A stretch of DNA of 33,479 bases from the IMG/VR virus record IMGVR_UViG_2627854066_000005, positions 1 through 33,479 of that record. One strand, given 5' to 3'. This document shows positions 26,820-33,479 of the stretch, piece after piece. The DNA is from a virus. Its lineage: Duplodnaviria; Heunggongvirae; Uroviricota; Caudoviricetes. Under the pieces are notes generated by a model. It saw only the letters and a list, made by a program, of their open reading frames with translations. It ran no database searches and was not told where the DNA came from. Within the stretch, counting starts at the first letter, position 1, and each line of letters begins with the position of its first letter. Position numbers and translations under genes: made by a program.

Positions 26820-29250
26820 CGTCAGAATCGAGGTGCTGCTGAACGCAGTTGACCGGGCAAGCCGCCCGCTTAAAGCGATTCAGAACGCCAGCAAATCCCT
26901 GTCTGGTGATATCCGCAATTCACAAAAAAGCCTGCGCGAACTTAATGCGCAGGCGTCCCGTATTGACGGATTCCGCAAAGCCAGCGCCCAGCTTGCCGTG
27001 ACCGGTCATTCGCTTGAGAAAGCGAAACAGGAAGCGCAAGCCCTTGCCACACAATTTAAAAACACCGAGCGCCCGACGCGCGCGCAGGCGCAGGTGCTTG
27101 AATCGGCAAAGCGTGCCGCCAACGGGCTGCAGACGAAATACAACAGCCTCACTGAGTCTGTTAAGCGCCAGCAACGTGAACTCGGTGCAGTCGGTATTAA
27201 TACCCGTAATCTGGCAAATGATGAGCGGGGGCTTAAATCGCGCATCAGTGAGACTACCGCGCAGCTTAATCGGCAGCGTGAGGCACTGGCGAAAGTCAGC
27301 GCACAACAGGCGAAGTTAAGCCGGGTGAAAGCGCGGTATCAGGCCGGTAAATCACTGGCCGGAAACGCGGCGGCGGCTGGCGCAGCCGGTGTTGGTATTG
27401 CGACGGCGGGAACCCTCGCCGGGGTTAAGCTGCTGACGCCTGGTTATGAATTTGCACAGAAAAACTCAGAGCTGCAGGCCGTGCTCGGTGTCGACAAACA
27501 GTCGCCTGAAATGCAGGCGCTGCGTAAACAGGCGCGCCAGCTCGGTGATAATACCGCTGCCTCTGCCGATGATGCGGCGGGTGCGCAGATTATCATTGCC
27601 AAAAGCGGCGGCGATGCGGCGGCCATTCAGGCGGCGACGCCGGTCACACTGAATATGGCGCTGTCGAACAAGCGCACGATGGAAGAAAACGCTGCGCTGC
27701 TGACAGGCATGAAATCTGCTTTTCAGCTCTCTAACGATAAAGTCGCGCATATTGGTGATGTTCTCTCGATGACGATGAACAAAACCGCCGCCGACTTTGA
27801 TGGAATGAGTGATGCGCTGACCTATGCCGCGCCAGTGGCGAAAAATGCCGGGGTAAGTATCGAAGAAACCACCGCAATGGTGGGGGCGCTGCACGATTCC
27901 AAAATCACCGGCTCGATGGCGGGTACAGGGAGCCGTGCCGTTCTGAGTCGCCTGCAGGCGCCAACCGGTAAAGCGTACGACGCCATCAAAGAGCTCGGTA
28001 TTAAAACGTCAGATAGCAAAGGCAATACGCGCCCGATATTTTCCATCCTGAAAGAAATGCAGCGCAGTTTTGAGAAAAACAATCTCGGAACGGGGCAGAA
28101 ATCCGAATACATGAAAACCATTTTCGGTGAAGAGGCCAGCTCGGCGGCCGCCGTGCTGATGGCCGCCGCAACAAGCGGCAAGCTCGACCAGCTCACCGCC
28201 GCGTTTAAAGCCTCAGACGGTAAGACTGAGGAACTGGTTAAGGTTATGCAGGATAACCTCGGCGGCGACTTTAAAGAGTTTCAGTCAGCCTATGAGGCGG
28301 TCGGCACTGACCTGTTTGATCAGCAGGAGGGCTCACTGCGAAAGCTGACGCAGACGGCCACGCAATATGTGCTCAGGCTCGACGGCTGGATCCAGAAAAA
28401 TAAAGGGCTGGCGACCACCCTCGGCGTGGTGGTTGGTGGTGCGCTGGCGCTGATCGGTGTAATGGGCGGGATTGGCCTTGTCGCATGGCCGGTGGTGATG
28501 GGGATTAATGCCATCATTGCGGCGGCTGGCGTGCTCGGTGTGGTTTTCAGTACGGTTGGCGGCGCGATTGTCACGGCCATTGGCGCAATCAGCCTGCCGG
28601 TGCTGGCGGTAGCCGGTGCAGTGGTGGCCGGTGCATTGCTGATCCGCAAATACTGGGAGCCGCTCGGTGCATTCTTCTCGGGCGTGGTGGAGGGACTGAA
28701 AGCCGCCTTTGCACCGGTGGGGGACATGTTTACCCCGCTCGCGCCGGTGTTTGACGCCATCGCTGAAAAGCTGGGTGTCGTCTGCCAGTGGTTTAAAGAC
28801 CTGCTTGCGCCGGTGAAAACCACGCAGGACACGCTCTCCAGTTGCAAAAATGTCGGCGTTACTTTTGGTCAGGCGCTGGCTGATGCGCTGATGATGCCGC
28901 TCAAGATGTTTAACAGCCTGAGCGGCAAGGTCGGCTGGCTACTGGAAAAACTCGGCGTTATCAAAAAAGAATCCAGCGACCTCGACCAGACCGCAGCGAA
29001 AGCGAATAAAGCGTCCCCGAATGGCGGGTATATCCTTGCGACCGCTGGATATGGCGGGTATCAGGCGTATCAGCCGGTCACTGCACCTGCAGGCCGGTCT
29101 TATATCGACCAGAGCAAAAGCGAATACAACATCAATCTGCAGGGCGGGGTCGCGCCGGGCAGTGACCTTGACCGCCAGCTCCGTGACGCCGTCGACAAAC
29201 TTGACCGCGAGAAACGTGCGCGCCAGCGATCCAGTATGAGACTCGACTGA
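26809..29250 (+). CDS. T: Tail tape measure protein T
   Basis: 813 aa versus 815 for P2 T; helical N-terminal part, Gly/Ala-rich TM-like middle (GVVVGGALALIGVMGGIGLVAWPVVMGINAIIAAAG...). Confidence 0.9.
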   Translation: MSNNVRIEVLLNAVDRASRPLKAIQNASKSLSGDIRNSQKSLRELNAQASRIDGFRKASAQLAVTGHSLEKAKQEAQALATQFKNTERPTRAQAQVLESAKRAANGLQTKYNSLTESVKRQQRELGAVGINTRNLANDERGLKSRISETTAQLNRQREALAKVSAQQAKLSRVKARYQAGKSLAGNAAAAGAAGVGIATAGTLAGVKLLTPGYEFAQKNSELQAVLGVDKQSPEMQALRKQARQLGDNTAASADDAAGAQIIIAKSGGDAAAIQAATPVTLNMALSNKRTMEENAALLTGMKSAFQLSNDKVAHIGDVLSMTMNKTAADFDGMSDALTYAAPVAKNAGVSIEETTAMVGALHDSKITGSMAGTGSRAVLSRLQAPTGKAYDAIKELGIKTSDSKGNTRPIFSILKEMQRSFEKNNLGTGQKSEYMKTIFGEEASSAAAVLMAAATSGKLDQLTAAFKASDGKTEELVKVMQDNLGGDFKEFQSAYEAVGTDLFDQQEGSLRKLTQTATQYVLRLDGWIQKNKGLATTLGVVVGGALALIGVMGGIGLVAWPVVMGINAIIAAAGVLGVVFSTVGGAIVTAIGAISLPVLAVAGAVVAGALLIRKYWEPLGAFFSGVVEGLKAAFAPVGDMFTPLAPVFDAIAEKLGVVCQWFKDLLAPVKTTQDTLSSCKNVGVTFGQALADALMMPLKMFNSLSGKVGWLLEKLGVIKKESSDLDQTAAKANKASPNGGYILATAGYGGYQAYQPVTAPAGRSYIDQSKSEYNINLQGGVAPGSDLDRQLRDAVDKLDREKRARQRSSMRLD

Positions 29251-29263
29251 GGGAGGGGTAAAA

Positions 29264-29728
29264 ATGTTAATGGTGCTGGGCTTTTTTGTGTTTGAACGGC
29301 GCACCCTGCCGCATCAGTCAATGCAGTATTCGAAGGACTACCGGTGGGTGTCAAATGACCGTATTGGAAAACCACCTGCTTATCAGTATCTCGGGGAGGG
29401 GGAGACCTCGCGCACCCTGTCAGGCACGCTTTACCCTGAAATCACTGGCGGGCGTCTGTCACTGATGGCCATCGAACTGATGGCCGACGAGGGGCGCGCA
29501 TGGCCGCTGATTGACGGAACCGGTATGATCCACGGGATGTATGTCATCGATAAAGTGACTCACAACCACACCGAGTTATTCAGCGACGGTGCGGCTAAAA
29601 AAATCGAGTTTAGCCTGTCGCTTAAGCGGGTGGATGAATCCCTCGCGGCCATCTACGGCGACCTGAAAACGCAGGCTGACAATCTGGTCACGTCTGCCGG
29701 TAACTGGCTCGGGGGGATGGCGGGATGA
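29264..29728 (+). CDS. U: Tail protein U
   Basis: 154 aa versus 159 for P2 U; synteny. Confidence 0.8.
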   Translation: MLMVLGFFVFERRTLPHQSMQYSKDYRWVSNDRIGKPPAYQYLGEGETSRTLSGTLYPEITGGRLSLMAIELMADEGRAWPLIDGTGMIHGMYVIDKVTHNHTELFSDGAAKKIEFSLSLKRVDESLAAIYGDLKTQADNLVTSAGNWLGGMAG

Positions 29729-30888
29729 TAACGGGAATGAACATTCAGACCGGGGCGCGCATTGCCCCTGATTTTATGCTCACGCTCGATGGCGCAGATA
29801 TCTCACAGAATTTCAGCAACCGGCTTATCGGGCTGACCATGACCGACAATCGCGGATTCGAGGCTGATCAGCTTGATATCGAGCTTGATGATTCTGACGG
29901 GCTGGTTGAGCTGCCGCCACGCGGGGCATCGCTGACGCTGTGGCTGGGCTGGCAGGGCTCGGCGCTGATAAACAAAGGGAGTTTCACGGTTGACGAAATC
30001 GAGCACCGGGGCGCGCCTGACAGGCTGACCCTCCGGGGGCGCAGCGCGGATTTTCGCGGGACGCTGAACTCCAGGCGCGAACAGTCATGGCACGACACCA
30101 CGCTCGGGGTGATTGTTGAGGCTATCGCGCAGCGTAACAAACTGACGGCCAGCGTGGCTGATACCCTGAAATCTGTTGCTGTGCCGCATATCGACCAGTC
30201 TCAGGAATCCGACGCCGCGTTTTTGTCCCGACTGGCGGATCGTAACGGGGCAGCGGTTTCGGTCAAAGCCGGGAAATTGTTATTCCTGAAAGCCGGTAGC
30301 GCGATGACGGCCAGTGGCAAGGCCATCCCGCAAATGACCGTCGAACGCGGTGACGGCGACCGCCATCAGTTCGCCATTGCAGACCGTGAGGCTTACACCG
30401 GCGTAACGGCGAAATGGCTGCACACCAGAGACCCGAAACTGCAAAAGCAAAAGGTGAAGCTCAAACGCAAACCCAAAGAGCAGCACCTGCGTGCGCTGCA
30501 GCACCCGAAGGCCGTCAAAACATCGGCAAAGGCTAAAAAGAAAAAGGAGCAGGAAGCGCGGGAAGGTGAGTATATGGCTGGTGAGTCCGACAATGTTCTG
30601 GAACTCACGACCATCTACGCGACAAAGGCGCAGGCCATGCGCGCAGCTCAGGCAAAGTGGGACAGGATACAACGTGGGGTGGCGGAGTTTTCGATTACGC
30701 TCGCCACTGGCCGCGCTGATTTATTTCCTGAAACGCCGGTCGCAGTGAAAGGCTTTAAGCGCGTTATAGACGAACAGGCGTGGATAATCAGCCGTGTGGT
30801 GCACAGCTTTAATGGGAGCGGCTTCACGACGGGCTTAGAGCTTGAGGTTAAGGTTTCTGATGTGGAGTATGAAAGCGAGGAAACTTAA
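29725..30888 (+). CDS. D: Tail protein D
   Basis: 387 aa, same length as P2 D; start overlaps the U stop. Confidence 0.85.
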   Translation: MITGMNIQTGARIAPDFMLTLDGADISQNFSNRLIGLTMTDNRGFEADQLDIELDDSDGLVELPPRGASLTLWLGWQGSALINKGSFTVDEIEHRGAPDRLTLRGRSADFRGTLNSRREQSWHDTTLGVIVEAIAQRNKLTASVADTLKSVAVPHIDQSQESDAAFLSRLADRNGAAVSVKAGKLLFLKAGSAMTASGKAIPQMTVERGDGDRHQFAIADREAYTGVTAKWLHTRDPKLQKQKVKLKRKPKEQHLRALQHPKAVKTSAKAKKKKEQEAREGEYMAGESDNVLELTTIYATKAQAMRAAQAKWDRIQRGVAEFSITLATGRADLFPETPVAVKGFKRVIDEQAWIISRVVHSFNGSGFTTGLELEVKVSDVEYESEET

Positions 30889-30969
30889 CGATGTGTTTTA
30901 ATTATGTGTTTGTTTTATAAGTGAAAAATGAGTAAAATTAACACATTGAATACGCCGGAGACCCTCATC

Positions 30970-31191
30970 ATGTTTCATTGTCCGAAATGCCATCATGCCG
31001 CCCACGCCCGCACGAGTCGCTATTTTACTGATACCACAAAAGAGCGGTATCACCAGTGCACAAACATCAACTGCAGTTGCACGTTTGTGACCACTGAAAC
31101 AGTCGAGCGTTTCATCGTATCACCGGGCGAGGTAGTACCCGCGCCGCCGCATCCAACAACGTCAGGTCAGCAGCAAATTCAATGGATGTGA
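30970..31191 (+). CDS. ogr: Late transcription activator Ogr (zinc finger)
   Basis: MFHCPKCHHAAHARTSRYFTDTTKERYHQCTNINCSCTF... has the Cys4 arrangement and near-identity to P2 Ogr; 73 aa from the internal Met. Confidence 0.85.
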   Translation: MFHCPKCHHAAHARTSRYFTDTTKERYHQCTNINCSCTFVTTETVERFIVSPGEVVPAPPHPTTSGQQQIQWM

Positions 31192-31293
31192 GAAGAAGTT
31201 GGTAGGTGGAATCTGGGTACGATATTTGTTAATACTAGCTTGTTGTAACAAAAATTAATTCTGACCTAACAGTACATTACGGAAAACGTATCC

Positions 31294-31503
31294 ATGACTT
31301 TTGATGAATATATGCAAAAAACCAGAGAAATAAATGAGCAACTTCAAGAGATTTCTATGCTAACGGCAAATCAAGCACTAACAAATTGCGCAAACTCATC
31401 CAATCCCGGCTTTGTTGATCTGATGCGTCGTCATGCAGAATTGACAATGCGCTCGTTTAAGCTTACTGAAGAGATGATGAAACAGTTATCTATTGATAAC
31501 TAA
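31294..31503 (+). CDS. Small hypothetical protein (AT-rich cargo between ogr and the intron)
   Basis: 69-aa ORF, predicted helical, no motif recognised; about 33% GC. Confidence 0.3.
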   Translation: MTFDEYMQKTREINEQLQEISMLTANQALTNCANSSNPGFVDLMRRHAELTMRSFKLTEEMMKQLSIDN

Positions 31504-31608
31504 TAATCAAACACTAGGCCAAAAAGGTGTAAGAGCACTAGACACAATGATTGATACTCTTATTCTTTAAAGCAAATCAAAATTTTCTACCATTTTTTTT
31601 ATAAATAA

Positions 31609-31633
31609 AGCCCCGCATTTGCGGGGCTTTTTG
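31609..31633 (+). terminator. Intrinsic terminator; presumed insertion target of the group II intron
   Basis: Perfect 8-bp stem AGCCCCGC-attt-GCGGGGCT followed by TTTTT; intron-like GTGCG begins 5 nt later at 31637. Confidence 0.6.
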
Positions 31634-31636
31634 TAT

Positions 31637-33479
31637 GTGCGCCGGGCATGGCGCGTAGCGCCGTGACTGGCGCTGTTCTTCAACTGTGGTGGCTGAAGAA
31701 CGACTAAGAGGTGAAAGTCCTCCACACACCCGGTGAGGGGAAGTGTTAGCGGAAGGCAAGGGTGTTCATCGCGAGGTGAAATCTGAAGGAAGCCGGATGC
31801 AAAATGCTGGCCTGACGAACAGGAAGCGGTTAAGGCGGCGCAGCGGGGTAAGGTGGCATACATCACCAAAGCCCGATACTCACACGGAACGCTGTAACGT
31901 AGAGCCGACAGGCATAAGCAGGAAAGTCGCGCGAATTACCCCGGGAGAACTGCCGTCCTGCCAGTGTGCTACCGGCGTCGTAAGGTGCCGGGATGGGGCG
32001 GCAGAAGTCAGCCGACGCCGTAGTAGTGCTGCAAAACCGGCAGCATGAAGGGCCGAACATGATTAACCGTGATTAGGACATCCGAACCCGATGATGATTA
32101 ATGAAGCACAAGCGCAGGCAACTGCGGCCAGCGGCAGAGGAGACGGACGGTATCCGTCAGGGCTGCATGATGGCGCTGAAATCAGCACGGCGGCGGGTGG
32201 GCAAACGAAAGCGGAAGTGCCGCTGACGATGGAAGCGGTGATAACGAGAGAAAACCTGATGCTGGCTTATCAGCGCGTGGTGGAAAACAAAGGCGCGGCG
32301 GGGGTGGATAACCTCAGCGTGGCGGAGTTGAAACCGTGGCTGAAGAAGAACTGGCGCAGTGTCAGGCAGGCATTGATTGACGGAAACTACCAGCCGCGGG
32401 CAATACGCCGGATGGATATCCCGAAGCCGGATGGCGGCGTGAGAACCTTAGGCATCCCGACGGTGGTGGACAGGCTTATCCAGCAGGCGATTGCGCAGCA
32501 GTTAAGCGCCATCGTGGACAAAAGCTTCTCAGACTCCAGCTACGGCTTCCGGCCGGGGCGCAACGCATGGCAGGCGGTGCAACAGGCACAGCGTTACATA
32601 CGGGGCGGCAAACGGTGGGTGGTGGATATGGATCTGGAGAAGTTCATTGACCGGGTGGATCACAGACTCCTGATGACGCGTCTGGCCAGAACGATAAAGG
32701 ACAGGCGGGTGCTGAGACTGATACGCCGCTACCTGAAAGCGGAAATAGTCCGGGACGGGCAAAGGGAGAAACGGCAGGAGGGCATGCCGCAGGGCGGCCC
32801 GCTGTCGCCGTTACTGTCGAACATCCTGCTGGATGAACTGGATAAAGAACTGGAGCGTCGTTGACACAGCTTCTGCCGCTACGCAGACGACTGCAACATC
32901 AACGTAAGCAGCCGGAAAGCGGGCGACCATCTGCTGAAGAACATCAGGGCGTTCGTGGAGAACAAAATGAAACTGAAGGTGAATGAGAAGAAGAGCGCGG
33001 TGGCGCGCCCGTGGGAGCGGAAGTTCCTCGGGTACAGTGTGACATGGCACAAACAGGCGAAGCTGAAAATAGCCCTGACGAGCGTGAACAGGCTGAAGGA
33101 GAAAGTCCGCAGTCTGACCACGGGAAACCGGAGCAAATCAGTGAAAGCGACAATCAATGCCCTGACGCCAGTGCTGCGTGGATGGATAAGCTACTTCAGG
33201 CTGACGGAAGTCAGAGGAGTGCAGGAAGAGCTGGACGGCTGGATCAAACGGAAACTGCGGTGCCTGTTGTGGCGGCAGTGGAAGAGGCCGGGAACCCGGA
33301 CGAAGAACCTGCAAAGAGCGGGGCTGAGTAAGGACAGGGCGATGATCTCAGCGTACAACAACCACGGGCCATGGTGGAACTCAGGGTCAAGCCATATGAA
33401 TCAGGCGATAAAGAATGCGTGGTTCAGCAGGCAGGGTCTGATATCACTGCTGGAACAGCAGAGGCAGTTCCAGTGTTAA
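31637..33479 (+). mobile_element. Group II intron, 5' portion (domains I-IV with intron-encoded protein); 3' end beyond the window
   Basis: 5' GTGCG at 31637; about 590 nt of structured GC-rich RNA-like sequence before the RT ORF; the ORF has the YADD motif and the maturase domain-X motif LRGWISYF. Insertion just after a terminator is typical of class C (IIC) introns. Confidence 0.7.
32229..33479 (+). pseudogene. Group II intron reverse transcriptase/maturase, interrupted by in-frame TGA at 32862-32864
   Basis: ORFs 32091-32864 and 32955-33479 are in the same frame. Reading through the TGA gives ...LDKELERR*HSFCRYADDCNI..., continuous through the RT YADD motif (32880-32891). Likely start MEAVITRENLMLAYQRV at 32229. 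Natural stop TAA at 33477-33479. Confidence 0.7.

Noticed and set aside
32862-32864. In-frame TGA in the RT as selenocysteine or programmed readthrough
   Set aside because: No SECIS-like context is evident and intron RTs are not known selenoproteins; a point mutation or sequencing error is simpler.
31637-33479. Retron instead of group II intron
   Set aside because: The ORF has the maturase domain-X motif (LRGWISYF) and is preceded by about 590 nt beginning GTGCG, which fits a group II intron. Retron RTs are shorter and lie next to msr/msd repeats, which I do not see.

Overview
The window is almost entirely one P2-like (Peduovirus-type) temperate prophage in an enterobacterial-type genome. 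From left to right: a flanking lipoprotein gene, a putative attL core (~478-504), integrase, C repressor, cox, B, small ORFs, replication protein A, a cos-like site (~6910-6928), portal Q and terminase P (minus strand), then the complete late cluster O N M L X, holin, endolysin, spanins, R S V W J I H G FI FII E/E' T U D and ogr. The calls rest on reading the ORF translations, recalled P2 protein lengths and gene order, and recognisable catalytic motifs; no database search was run. Three AT-rich cargo insertions interrupt this otherwise GC-rich, syntenic backbone: (1) an ASCH/DUF3850-like ORF plus a small ORF between A and cos; (2) a Hanks-type Ser/Thr kinase translationally coupled to a PP2C phosphatase between cos and Q; (3) a DUF262 (ParB/GmrSD-N-like) protein with a 193-aa partner, behind its own promoter, between S and V. 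Modules 2 and 3 are the best candidates for undescribed phage-borne defence systems. Beyond ogr lie a small AT-rich ORF, an intrinsic terminator, and the 5' part of a group II intron inserted just after that terminator, whose reverse transcriptase/maturase ORF carries an in-frame TGA.
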